NCBI GenBank assembly: GCA_963762565.1
Contig: CAVXLD010000005.1
Location: 160,001-224,000, forward strand
Length of the DNA: 64,000 bases
DNA from: an uncultured Verrucomicrobiae bacterium
GTDB taxonomy: Bacteria > Verrucomicrobiota > Verrucomicrobiia > Chthoniobacterales > JAFAMB01
Reading direction: 5' to 3'
Shown here: positions 20,165 through 30,010 of the stretch, in pieces
Numbering within the stretch: the stretch's first letter is position 1
Layout of the letters: the number at the start of each line of letters is the position of its first letter
The notes under the pieces: model-generated
What the model was told of the DNA's origin: nothing
Databases searched by the model: none
The model's input: only the letters and a program-made list of their open reading frames with translations
Program-made: the position numbers and the translations under genes

Positions 20165-21757
20165 CTAGAATTGCACGATATGGACGGAGCGAACGTTGGG
20201 GTTCTGCAACGCGGCTTGCAGGACCTCGTCGGGCGGAAGTGAGTCCAAATTGAGAACCGTCAGCGCCTTGCTATCTCCGTCGCCGCGACTGAGCGACATG
20301 TCGGCGATATTGATTTGGTGATTACCTAAAAGGGTTCCGATCTGACCGACGATTCCAGGGACGTCGTTGTTCTCGAAAATCATCAGCGTACCAACCGGGC
20401 GTGCCTCAACAAAGCGGCCATTAATGCGAACAATGCGAGGGGAAGCGCCCACGAAAGTTCCCGCCACAGATACCTTTTTCCCTTCACCTTCGACTTGCAT
20501 CTCGATGAGATCCGTGAATTCGCCAGTCACGTTTTCTTTTGTCTCAATGACCCGCAGCCCAAGGTTCTGCGCGAGTGAAGTGACGTTCACTTGATTTACA
20601 TCGGGGCCGCCGGCTTCTTCGAGAAAACCTTTCAGCGCATAGCGGGAAACGGGTGAGGTTTCCACTTCGTTCACTTTGCCGCTATAATTGATGTGGAATT
20701 GATCGCAACGTTTCGGCGCGAGCTGCCGTAACAGGCGACCGAGGCGTTCTGCTAAATCCAGATAGGGCCGAATGACGGCAAGAGTCTTAGCGTCAATATT
20801 AGGAACATTGACGGCATTCCTAATAACGCCGTCCAGTAGCACGGAACGGATGGCTTCGGCGATCTCGATTCCGACGCTCTCTTGGGCTTCAATGGTGGAC
20901 GCTCCTAGATGTGGGGTGCAGACTACATTAGGAAGGCGAAGCAACGGCAGATCTGCCGGAGGTGGTTCAGTTTCGAACACATCCAGCGCCGCGGCGGCGA
21001 TCTGGCCGCTGGTTAACGCGTCGTAAAGTGCTTCTTCGTCGATGAGTCCGCCCCGGGCGCAATTGATGACCCGCGCGCCCTTTTTCATCAGGGCCAACCG
21101 CTCCCGGTTGAGAACCGAGCGAGTCTCGGGAGTCATCGGCAAATGCAGAGTGACGAAATCCGCTCGCGCGAGTACTTCGTTGAGATTATCCAGCAGCTCG
21201 ACTTGCAGCGACCGGGCGCGAGTGGGAGAGAGATAGGGATCGTATGCTATCGGGAGCATACCGAAAGCGATCGCCCGGCGGGCAATCTCGCTGCCGATTC
21301 GTCCCATGCCAAGGATTCCCAACGTTTTACCACTGAGCTCAACCCCCTCGAAGCTCTTTCGGTCCCAGCGACCGGCCTTCACGCTCGCATCGGCCTGAGG
21401 GATGCTCCTGGCAATCGATACTAACAAAGAGAAAGCATGTTCGGCAGTTGATACGGTATTGCCTGCGGGCGTGTTCATCACGATGATCCCGCGTCGGGTG
21501 GCGGCTTCGACGTCCACATTATCAACGCCGACACCGGCGCGTCCGATGGCTTTCAACGATTTGGCGGCGCTGATCACCGGTGCGGTCACCTTGGTCTGGG
21601 ACCGGACCACGATGGCAGCGTACGACGAAATAACCTGAATGAGCTGTGGCTCTTTCAGGCCGGTTTGAACATCGACATCGAGCCGACCTCCGAGTCGAAG
21701 AGCTTCTACACCGCGTGGCGAAATGGCGTCGGCAACCAGGACTTTCTGGTTAACCAT
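20165..21757 (-). CDS. serA: D-3-phosphoglycerate dehydrogenase (long form with ASB/ACT)
   Basis: RAGVGVDN, GMGRIG, NCARGG, TPHLGAST, C-terminal ACT. Confidence 0.96.
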   Translation of the reverse strand: MVNQKVLVADAISPRGVEALRLGGRLDVDVQTGLKEPQLIQVISSYAAIVVRSQTKVTAPVISAAKSLKAIGRAGVGVDNVDVEAATRRGIIVMNTPAGNTVSTAEHAFSLLVSIARSIPQADASVKAGRWDRKSFEGVELSGKTLGILGMGRIGSEIARRAIAFGMLPIAYDPYLSPTRARSLQVELLDNLNEVLARADFVTLHLPMTPETRSVLNRERLALMKKGARVINCARGGLIDEEALYDALTSGQIAAAALDVFETEPPPADLPLLRLPNVVCTPHLGASTIEAQESVGIEIAEAIRSVLLDGVIRNAVNVPNIDAKTLAVIRPYLDLAERLGRLLRQLAPKRCDQFHINYSGKVNEVETSPVSRYALKGFLEEAGGPDVNQVNVTSLAQNLGLRVIETKENVTGEFTDLIEMQVEGEGKKVSVAGTFVGASPRIVRINGRFVEARPVGTLMIFENNDVPGIVGQIGTLLGNHQINIADMSLSRGDGDSKALTVLNLDSLPPDEVLQAALQNPNVRSVHIVQF

Positions 21758-23771
21758 GATTCAACTTCGTAAAGAACCCCTTTAATAACCCAAATCCCGG
21801 TCTTAATCCCAACCCGGACGCCCGTGTAGTTAGCGCCGGCTCAAGTTCTGCGTGCACCGTGCCGCGAGTTGCGCCGGATGGAACCTGAGCGCTGATTCGC
21901 TGCTGATAAAGAGAGAGTGCCATCAATGGCCAGGTATTCCTATACATATCGTACTTCAAGTAGAACACTTTTGGGAAACCGGTTCCAGTAATAAGCTCTT
22001 CATCCCAAGACCCATCGTTGTTCTGCGTCTTCAGCAGAAACTCAATTCCTCGGCGGATACTTTCCCGGTGACAGTCGCGGAACGAAAGTATCCCCATCAA
22101 GGCCCAAGCAGTCTGGGAAGGCGTGCTTCTTCCGCGACCTCGAAGTGAACTGTCCTCGTAGGAAGCGCAGCTTTCGCCCCAACCGCCGTCGGCGTTTTGA
22201 TGGCGTTCCAACCAATCGCGTCCGCGTCGGATCCAAGGTTCGTCCATGTTAATGCCGATAGCCTCAAGGCCCTTCAATACCTGCCAGGTACCATAGACGT
22301 AGTTAACACCCCAGCGACCATACCAGGCGCCATCGAACTCCTGGTGTTCGCGCAAGAGGCGTAAGGCGCGAACCACGACCGGATGAGAAGAATTGAACCC
22401 GTAAGTGCCCAATACCTCTAAGACTCTAGCGGTGATATTGCTGCAGGTCGGATCGAGAATCGCGTTGTGATCAGCGAACGGAACATACTCTAAAAGGCGG
22501 TTGGTTACGTCCTTATCGAAAGCGGCCCAACCGCCGTCCTTGCCTTGGAAACTAAGAAGCCACGTGAGCCCACGATCATACATCGCGGCGTCTTCAGACT
22601 CGTACCCCGCTGTCCGTAAAGCTAATAGCACCATCGCGGTGTCGTCGGCGTCCGGGTTGTAAGGGTTATTGAACTCGAAACACCAACCGGACGGTTCCGG
22701 CTTCGAGTTTCGGACTACCCAGTCACCGGGAATCCGCACTTCTCGGCGAGCAAGCCAATCGGTGGCGCGTTTGATCGGCTCATCGTTAATCGTTAACCCC
22801 GAGCGAGCCAGCACCAGAGTAGTGATCGCGGTGTCCCAGACAGGAGAAAAACAGGGTTGGATGCGGAACCCTTTCTTGTCCTCGACAAAAAGGGCCTTAA
22901 AATCGGCTTCTGCTTTCCGATAGAGCGGGTGCTCCGGGTGATAGCCCAGACAGCGCAGCGCAATCAGCGAGTTAAGCATGGCTGGGAAGATTGCGGCTAA
23001 GCCGTCGTTCCCGTCACCGATCCGTTCGATCATCCAACGTTCAGCGACTTGTAGCGCATATCGCCGAAACGGACGAATCTGATAGTCCTCACCAAACTTC
23101 AGGATGCGATCGATGAGGATGAAAAGCTTTTTTAGGCCCTTTGCCTGCAAACGCGGGGTTTTCTCGGGCGCCACGTACAGTTCTTTGATGCCCTGTTCTT
23201 CCGGAAGGCGATGAGTGTTTTTGTAATGGTTGATGATCGCAAGCGGGACCACCATTGAACGGGTCCAGGAAGAGACGGTATAGAAGTGAATCGGGGACCA
23301 CCGCGGCAGGATCAAGAATTCGACCGGTATGGTCGGGACCGCATCCCAAGGAACCTGGCCCAGGAGGGCGAGGTAAAGACGAGCATAAGTGTTCGTCTTT
23401 TCGATTCCGCCCAGAGCACGCGCACGTTCGCGCGCCTTTATCATTAGCGGGTGATTCGATGAGAATCCCGCAAGCTTGAGAGAAAAGTAGGCTTTGACCG
23501 TGGCATTAACTTCGGAGGGGCCTTCCGGATAGATGTTCCAACCTCCGTCAGGAAGTTGCCGTTCCAAAATGTGCCGCACGCATTTCGCTTCTAATTCCGG
23601 ATCGACATCGCCGGCCCAGTGCATGAAAGCGATGTAGTCGGAGCAAAGAGTGGAATCGACTACCAGCTCGCCGATCCAGTAACCGTCTGGGGATTGAAGA
23701 CTTAAGAGATGTTGTTGCGCCCTCGAGATTGCCGATCCTAGCAAGGAAAATAGCTCCGCAGAATTTACCAT
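21750..23771 (-). CDS. shc: Squalene-hopene cyclase
   Basis: DADDTA catalytic motif, QW repeats (QxxDGGW), SPVWDT, GTGFP. Confidence 0.96.
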   Translation of the reverse strand: MVNSAELFSLLGSAISRAQQHLLSLQSPDGYWIGELVVDSTLCSDYIAFMHWAGDVDPELEAKCVRHILERQLPDGGWNIYPEGPSEVNATVKAYFSLKLAGFSSNHPLMIKARERARALGGIEKTNTYARLYLALLGQVPWDAVPTIPVEFLILPRWSPIHFYTVSSWTRSMVVPLAIINHYKNTHRLPEEQGIKELYVAPEKTPRLQAKGLKKLFILIDRILKFGEDYQIRPFRRYALQVAERWMIERIGDGNDGLAAIFPAMLNSLIALRCLGYHPEHPLYRKAEADFKALFVEDKKGFRIQPCFSPVWDTAITTLVLARSGLTINDEPIKRATDWLARREVRIPGDWVVRNSKPEPSGWCFEFNNPYNPDADDTAMVLLALRTAGYESEDAAMYDRGLTWLLSFQGKDGGWAAFDKDVTNRLLEYVPFADHNAILDPTCSNITARVLEVLGTYGFNSSHPVVVRALRLLREHQEFDGAWYGRWGVNYVYGTWQVLKGLEAIGINMDEPWIRRGRDWLERHQNADGGWGESCASYEDSSLRGRGRSTPSQTAWALMGILSFRDCHRESIRRGIEFLLKTQNNDGSWDEELITGTGFPKVFYLKYDMYRNTWPLMALSLYQQRISAQVPSGATRGTVHAELEPALTTRASGLGLRPGFGLLKGFFTKLNHG

Positions 23772-23796
23772 GGTCCCGCCTCAAATATAGGTAGAA

Positions 23797-25083
23797 CTAC
23801 TCGCGAACCAACTCCGGATTTTGTACTGGTGGCGTGGACGCTGCGGAGACCCCATTAAATACTTCGGACAGCACCACTTTTCCTTTTGGGTTCGGCCGAG
23901 CTCCAAAATTGAAGATGATGTTCTTCCAGGTGTCACCTGGCTTGCCGTTAAGTCCCAAAGCCGCCGTCGGCTCGTAACCGCAATGGGTCATGCAGTTTTC
24001 GCAGCGCGGATCTTTGGCTACGCCGTCGACAACTCCATACTGGTCCCAGTCAACGTCATTCAGCATTTCCTTATAGGAAGGGTAATGGCCCTTGCCGGCC
24101 GTCAGGAAGTAGCAAGGCGCTTTCCAGCCCATGATGTTTCGGGTGGGGATGGCCCAAGCGGAACAAGTCAGATCGCGGTCGCCAGTCAGAAATTCCCAAT
24201 AGACCGGCGTCCCGAGCAGACGGAAACGTTTGCCCCAGGATTTGGCTTCGGAGAATTTTTCGATCGTGCTCCGCCGAGTCAGGAAGAAAGCGGAGGGATC
24301 AATACCGAGACGCTTCGCCATGTCTGTCTTCGCAGCGTCGTAGTCATATCCTGGAGTGACGGTGTGGCCATCCACGTCCAGATTCCCAAGATACTGCAAC
24401 AACGTCTCGATCTCTTTCATTTCGGTTTCCCGATAGACCGTGGTGTTGGTGGCGACCTGGTAACCAAGGATCTTGGCCATGCGAATCGCGAGTATGCACT
24501 CACGGAAGACGCCTTCCCGCTCAACGATGATGTCGTGAATCTTTTCTAAACCATCCAAGTGCACGTTCCAGTACATCCACTTTGACGGGGAAATGACTGG
24601 TTTCGATGCGTCCTTTGGCCCTTTTCGGATTTGTTCAACCTCGCTGGGCGCAACCAAATGTTCTTCGAGCAGTTTGCCAATAAGCGGCTCGATTTCCGCA
24701 GTACGTTTTTTGTGTTCGACCGCAAGATAGTCTCGCATTTTGCGCCGCATGAACATCGCGTTCGTGCAGATATAAACGATCCGGCCCTGCTGCCGCAGAC
24801 CCTCTACTAAAGCTTCAATCTGGGGATAGATCAGGGGCTCGCCGCCGCAGATTGAAACCATGGGCGCCTCGCATTCCGCAGCCGCCGAGAGGCAATCCTC
24901 CAGAGCCATCACATTCTTCATGGACGTGGAGTACTCCCGAATTCTTCCACAGCCTGTGCAGGTCAGATTGCAGGTATGAAGTGGTTCAAGTTGAAGTACT
25001 GTCGCGAACTTTTTCGTGCCCCGGAGTTTGTGACGCACGATGTGACTAGCGACTTTCAACGTAAGAGCCAAAGGAAACCTCAT
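23797..25083 (-). CDS. hpnH: Adenosylhopane-forming radical SAM enzyme HpnH
   Basis: CNLTCTGC radical SAM motif, GGEPL, C-terminal DPRCENCMTHCGYE; adjacent to shc. Confidence 0.88.
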   Translation of the reverse strand: MRFPLALTLKVASHIVRHKLRGTKKFATVLQLEPLHTCNLTCTGCGRIREYSTSMKNVMALEDCLSAAAECEAPMVSICGGEPLIYPQIEALVEGLRQQGRIVYICTNAMFMRRKMRDYLAVEHKKRTAEIEPLIGKLLEEHLVAPSEVEQIRKGPKDASKPVISPSKWMYWNVHLDGLEKIHDIIVEREGVFRECILAIRMAKILGYQVATNTTVYRETEMKEIETLLQYLGNLDVDGHTVTPGYDYDAAKTDMAKRLGIDPSAFFLTRRSTIEKFSEAKSWGKRFRLLGTPVYWEFLTGDRDLTCSAWAIPTRNIMGWKAPCYFLTAGKGHYPSYKEMLNDVDWDQYGVVDGVAKDPRCENCMTHCGYEPTAALGLNGKPGDTWKNIIFNFGARPNPKGKVVLSEVFNGVSAASTPPVQNPELVRE

Positions 25084-25468
25084 AGATAAAAGATTTAAGC
25101 GCGGCATACTAGCAGGCGCCAGTGGAGATTCAAGGTCTAGCTAAGTGTGGCATCAGATCGATTGTTGCATAATGCCCGATCTGCCCCTCGGCACAAAGCG
25201 CGTTGCATTGAATTATTTCGTACTTTGGTGAGTCTGGGTAGGTGTGTTACTTTTGACGGGCCACCCGCGAAAATTGTTCGCGTGTCCATGGATGTTTGAG
25301 TGGCGCGACGTCAATTTGGCGGAGGGGTCAGGGGACGGAGCGTACCGGAATAAGAAAAGTTAGGTACGTTTTTGCAAAAAAGACTACTAAATAAGTAGAC
25401 ATTATTTAGCCTGCGGGCTATATCTGTGAAACGGCTTCCGGATTTCGTAGCTGTACCAGGAGAAAAAA

Positions 25469-26230
25469 ATGGCGTCGACTTCTTCACCTCCTCGAACTCA
25501 GTTTTCCCGGCCGCCAGAGCCGGTGTTTGAGCCCCTAGAAAGTATTTCATCTTATCCTTCTCACTTGGTCCGTTGGCGAGAGTGCGCGGATTCGAGATAT
25601 AAGCTATCGAGTTACGTTTTTATCGGACAAAGGACGACCAATTTGCCGGTGCGGATGGCATTTGTGGCTGGTTTGCGGTCGCACGATGATTTGGCGCAGC
25701 GGGCGTTAGCGAAGTTGCTCGTGGAATTGGAGGTCGCGCCGTTGGTTGGGCGTGATTACGCGCTGTTTTCGTATGCGCTGACGCGTGAACCCAATGATGA
25801 GGGGGCTGAAACCTTCGGGAGCGATTGGTTGGATGAGTCGTCTGGGGTACAGCCGATCCTGCAAGTTCTTGAGTCGGATTTGGCGAGCAGCGATGTGGAT
25901 GGTTTTATCTCAATCGCAACGAACGAGCGAGTGAGCGGGTTCCAGTTCGAGACCGATAGCGAATTGATTGCGGCTGAAGTTGCGTGGCCGGCGTTAGAGG
26001 TGGCAGGCCGATTCGTTCCATTGGCAGACGAACCAGTTAAAGTTTTACCGAGCGCGGTTCTGCGCCGGCAAAGAGGGCTGGGGCGTGGGGTACCGAAACA
26101 GATGTTCGGTTTGACGTTGCGGACGCCGGAATTCTCAGGTGCGGTTGAGCAAGTTTCAGCCATCGTATTTTCTTCAATCCGGGTATTGCAGGAATATCGA
26201 AGGCTACGGCGGACAGTAGTGGATCTGTAA
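25469..26230 (+). CDS. Hypothetical protein, degenerate M14 metallocarboxypeptidase-like fold
   Basis: RMAFVAGLRSHD and DGFISIATN align by eye with M14 AGxHGDE and xISLH motifs but lack the His/Glu ligands. Confidence 0.5.
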   Translation: MASTSSPPRTQFSRPPEPVFEPLESISSYPSHLVRWRECADSRYKLSSYVFIGQRTTNLPVRMAFVAGLRSHDDLAQRALAKLLVELEVAPLVGRDYALFSYALTREPNDEGAETFGSDWLDESSGVQPILQVLESDLASSDVDGFISIATNERVSGFQFETDSELIAAEVAWPALEVAGRFVPLADEPVKVLPSAVLRRQRGLGRGVPKQMFGLTLRTPEFSGAVEQVSAIVFSSIRVLQEYRRLRRTVVDL

Positions 26231-26276
26231 GCCCATTGTGGAGCGCTGCCTCGCTTGCGAGGCCGTCGGCATCATT

Positions 26277-26371
26277 GGTGGGGCGAGGCTCCCGAACGGC
26301 GGGTTACCTTTCTCCACGATCCTGACTAGTCTCAATGAATCGTGGGCAACGCCGACAGACGCGCCGAGCCG
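26277..26371. repeat. Family B half-cassette
   Basis: GGTGGGGCGAGGCTCCCG-68nt-GCCGAGCCG. Confidence 0.8.
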
Positions 26372-26384
26372 CGAAAGCCCCTTC

Positions 26385-27083
26385 TTACAGCTCGGAGGCG
26401 ATGCGCAAAAAAGCCTCCCTAGGATCGGGCGAGGCGGTAATAGGACGGCCGATTACCAGATAATCGGCGCCTAGTTTGATTGCTTCTGCGGGGGTGGTAA
26501 ACCGTTTCTGGTCACCTGCGGCTGACCAAGTCGGGCGAACGCCAGGAGTGACGATCACAAACGCTTTGCCGAACTCTTTCCGCAACGCTTCCAATTCCAG
26601 CGGACTCGCGACCAGGCCGGTGATGCCCGTTGTTTTTGCGAGAGTCGCCAGGGCGATAACCTGTTGGGTCATCGATCGATTGACACCTATTTCTGAAAGC
26701 GTGGCTTCTGTCTGGCTGGTTAGAACGGTCACACCAAGGAGCAGAGTAGAATTGGACCCTCGACCTTTTAGCGCAGCGTGACATACCTCAGAGCCTCCGG
26801 AGAGATGGATGGTCAGCATGTCGACACCTAAACCGCAGGTGGATTCAACCGCAGCTTGCACCGTGTTTGGAATATCGTGGAACTTTAGATCGAGGAAGAC
26901 CTTTGCGCCGGACGATTTTACTTCTTGGACGAAGGGCGGTCCACCCAAGCTGAAGAGCTGTAGACCGATCTTGTACCAGGAAACCCCTTGGCCGAGGACA
27001 GAGATCAAATTGCGCGCTGCGGCGACCGAAGGGAGATCGAGCGCGACAATAATTTTATCTTTCGTTGTTACAGATTCTTCCAC
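26385..27083 (-). CDS. pyrF: Orotidine-5'-phosphate decarboxylase
   Basis: IIVALD, KIGLQL, DLKFHDIPNTV, VTPGVRP, GRPIT; likely GTG start at 27083. Confidence 0.96.
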   Translation of the reverse strand: MEESVTTKDKIIVALDLPSVAAARNLISVLGQGVSWYKIGLQLFSLGGPPFVQEVKSSGAKVFLDLKFHDIPNTVQAAVESTCGLGVDMLTIHLSGGSEVCHAALKGRGSNSTLLLGVTVLTSQTEATLSEIGVNRSMTQQVIALATLAKTTGITGLVASPLELEALRKEFGKAFVIVTPGVRPTWSAAGDQKRFTTPAEAIKLGADYLVIGRPITASPDPREAFLRIASEL

Positions 27084-27096
27084 AGGGTGATTCTGT

Positions 27097-27933
27097 ATGC
27101 GGATCGCGACGCCGGCGAAGATAAATCTCACACTCGAAGTACTTGGGCAAAGACCGGACGGATTTCATGAGCTGGCGACATGGATGATCCCGATTGGTCT
27201 CTATGACGAGTTAGCGATGGAGTTGGCGTCCGAGATGAGCTACGACACGAACCTTCCGAGCCTGCGGTTCGACTGTTCAAATCTCGTTCAGCGAGCGATC
27301 GAGAGATTTCACGAAGAGACTGGTCGGACAACCGCTTATCGGATTGATTTACGCAAAGAGATTCCCATCGGCGCCGGGTTAGGCGGTGGGAGCAGTGATG
27401 CTGCCGCCGCTTTGCTCTTGTTGAATGGGTTGCATCAAAACCTGCTGCCAGAGGAGAGGCTGCTTGGGCTCGCGGCGGGGTTGGGGTCGGATGTGCCGTT
27501 CTTTTTGAGGCGGCGTTCTGCCTGGTGCACAGGCCGGGGCGAGAAGATGGAAATTCGGGAATTTCCAAACGATCGTTGGGTGGTTTTGATTAAGCCGGAA
27601 TTTGGGGTTTCAACAGCGGCGGCTTACTCGGCCTATAAGGCGTTGCCGGCGGACCAGAAACGAGGACAGACCAAGGAAACGGAGTGGGGACCTATACGCA
27701 ACGACTTGGAGCAACCGGTATTTCAGAAATATCTGCTATTACCCGAGATAAAGAGTTGGTTGGAACAGCAGCCGGAGACTGAAGTAGCTTTGATGTCGGG
27801 ATCTGGTTCCACCCTGTTTGCAGTCGTAAAGAGCGATGACGACGGACAGCAGGTAAGTTACCGCTTTTCGTTATTCTTCGGGTTCAAGTTTTGGATTCGC
27901 GTATGCAGGCTCAATCCGCGCGAACTCGCGTGA
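27097..27933 (+). CDS. ispE: 4-diphosphocytidyl-2-C-methyl-D-erythritol kinase
   Basis: PAKINL, GAGLGGGSSDAA, GSDVPFF, MSGSGS. Confidence 0.96.
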   Translation: MRIATPAKINLTLEVLGQRPDGFHELATWMIPIGLYDELAMELASEMSYDTNLPSLRFDCSNLVQRAIERFHEETGRTTAYRIDLRKEIPIGAGLGGGSSDAAAALLLLNGLHQNLLPEERLLGLAAGLGSDVPFFLRRRSAWCTGRGEKMEIREFPNDRWVVLIKPEFGVSTAAAYSAYKALPADQKRGQTKETEWGPIRNDLEQPVFQKYLLLPEIKSWLEQQPETEVALMSGSGSTLFAVVKSDDDGQQVSYRFSLFFGFKFWIRVCRLNPRELA

Positions 27934-28077
27934 GGCTCGTTCGCGAATAGCAAATCGCAAATAGCAGATTTTGCCATTTGCTATCTGCTATTTGCTATCT
28001 GTCATTGCCGCGTAGCGGCTCGCCTCGCCCTACCAGAATCCTTGAACTCCTCGAACTTCTCCCGTAACGATCTGGCC

Positions 28078-28893
28078 ATGTCGACTCCTCGTTCACTAGG
28101 GTTAATTGCCGGGAATGGGATCTACCCGTTGCTGGTGGTACGAGCGGCGCGAGAGCGAGGCGTGCAGAAGATTTATGTGGCGGCATTCGAGGGAGAGACT
28201 CGACCGGAGATTGCTGAGGGCGTTGATTCGGTCGAGTGGATGCGCGTGGGGCAACTCGGGCGGTTATTGAACTATTTTACCCGGGGGGGTGTTCAGCATG
28301 CGATGATGGCCGGCCAGATCGCGCCGAAGAACCTGTTCGAGCTACGACCTGATCTGAAAGCGCTGGTGCTTTTGGGCGGATTGAAGACTCGAAATGCTGA
28401 AACGATTTTTGGCGGGATTGCAGGCGAGTTGGCGAAGGTAGGCGTTACGTTGCTGCCTGCCACTACTTTTCTTGAAGATTCATTGGCGGGGAAGGGTTGG
28501 TTAGCCGGTCCTAAACCGAAGCGGCGCGTGATCGACGATGCAGAATACGGATATCGGGTGGCCAAGGAAGTAAGCCGGTTAGACATTGGGCAAACCGTGG
28601 TGATTCGGCATGGGACCGTCGTGGCGGTTGAGGCGTTCGAGGGTACCAATGACGCGATTCGTCGGGGCGGAGCGTTGGCTAAAGGCCAAGCGGTGGTGGT
28701 GAAGGTGTCGAAACCAAATCAGGATTTTCGCTTTGACGTGCCGGTTATAGGGTGCCAGACCATCGATGTAGCAGCCGAAGCTGGGGTCAAGATGCTTGCG
28801 GTTGAAGCTGCCCGGACGTTGTTGCTTGATAGCCTTGCGGTTAAGGCATTGGCTGATCGGAGCCAGATCACTATTTACGGTATAGACGAATGA
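28078..28893 (+). CDS. lpxI: UDP-2,3-diacylglucosamine diphosphatase LpxI
   Basis: LGLIAGNG.YP, DIGQTVV, AVEAFEGT, QDFRFDVPVIG. Confidence 0.92.
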   Translation: MSTPRSLGLIAGNGIYPLLVVRAARERGVQKIYVAAFEGETRPEIAEGVDSVEWMRVGQLGRLLNYFTRGGVQHAMMAGQIAPKNLFELRPDLKALVLLGGLKTRNAETIFGGIAGELAKVGVTLLPATTFLEDSLAGKGWLAGPKPKRRVIDDAEYGYRVAKEVSRLDIGQTVVIRHGTVVAVEAFEGTNDAIRRGGALAKGQAVVVKVSKPNQDFRFDVPVIGCQTIDVAAEAGVKMLAVEAARTLLLDSLAVKALADRSQITIYGIDE

Positions 28894-29867
28894 ATCAATC
28901 CATCCGAGTCGGAGTGGTGGGAGTTGGGAGTATCGGGAAGAATCACGCTCGAATTTGCGCTGCCACAAAAGAAGCTAAGTTCGCCGCGATTTACGACACG
29001 AATAGTGATGTAGCGAGGAGTATCGCCCGGCAATACAACGTGCCCGTAGCCGGTTCGTTGGATGAGTTCATTCCGTTGATCGACGCAGCGACGGTCGCCA
29101 CTCCTACTGATACCCATTACGAGATTGGACGCCGTTTGTTGGAAGCGGGCAAGCATCTGTTAATTGAAAAACCAATCACGGAGACGCCAAAAGAGGCTGA
29201 AGAGCTGGTGCGCTTGGCCCGGGAACGCTCGCTGATCTTACAAGTTGGTCATGTAGAGCGCTTCAACCCGGTTATGAGCGCACTGCAAGAACGACTCACG
29301 AGACCGGTATTCATTGAGGTGCATCGACTGTCGCAGTATCCGTTCCGTAGTCTTGAGATCGGGGTAGTGCTGGATCTGATGATCCATGATCTCGAGATCA
29401 TCCTGCATTTGGTGCGCTCCCCAGTGAAGAGTATCGACGCGGTGGGTTTACCGGTGCTCAGTAAAACCGAGGATATAGCGAATGCCCGGATCCGTTTCCA
29501 AAGTGGGTGTGTTGCAAATCTAACCGCTAGCAGGATCAGCCCGGAAAAGATGCGTAAGATCCGGGTTTTTCAAGGGGAGCCCCAAGCTTATCTATCTTTG
29601 GACTATCAAAATCAGGCTGGTGAAATCTATCGTTTGGCCAACGGACAGATAACTCGCGACAAAGTTCCCATTGAGAGAGATGAACCCCTGAAACGGGAGC
29701 TGCAGTCTTTTATTGATTGTGCGAGCCGCGGTCAACAACCGTTGGTGTCAGGGTACGAAGGGACCGCCGCGCTCGAACTTGCGATCCAGATCACGGAGTT
29801 AGTGGAAGAGAATTTGAAAGTGGTACGCGCGGGGGGAGAGGGAGGGTCAGAGCAGCGTGAGAGGTGA
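28890..29867 (+). CDS. Gfo/Idh/MocA oxidoreductase (GnnA-like)
   Basis: GVGSIG, EKP, VGHVERFNP, DLMIHD; located between lpxI and lpxB. Confidence 0.88.
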   Translation: MNQSIRVGVVGVGSIGKNHARICAATKEAKFAAIYDTNSDVARSIARQYNVPVAGSLDEFIPLIDAATVATPTDTHYEIGRRLLEAGKHLLIEKPITETPKEAEELVRLARERSLILQVGHVERFNPVMSALQERLTRPVFIEVHRLSQYPFRSLEIGVVLDLMIHDLEIILHLVRSPVKSIDAVGLPVLSKTEDIANARIRFQSGCVANLTASRISPEKMRKIRVFQGEPQAYLSLDYQNQAGEIYRLANGQITRDKVPIERDEPLKRELQSFIDCASRGQQPLVSGYEGTAALELAIQITELVEENLKVVRAGGEGGSEQRER

Positions 29868-30010
29868 GAAGTGAGAAGTGATTGGTGATTGGGTAGGGCG
29901 TGGAGCGATGGCCAGGTTGGCTTCGTTCTCCGTTCCCGGCGTTGCCGGCGAATGACGGCGATGACGGCGTTCCTACTTGCAACTCGCGTTGTCCACGCCA
30001 ACTGATAGTT

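Noticed and set aside
25140..25215. Sigma-54-like GGCA...TTGC motifs between hpnH and the divergent ORF
   Set aside because: Spacing does not fit GG-N10-GC
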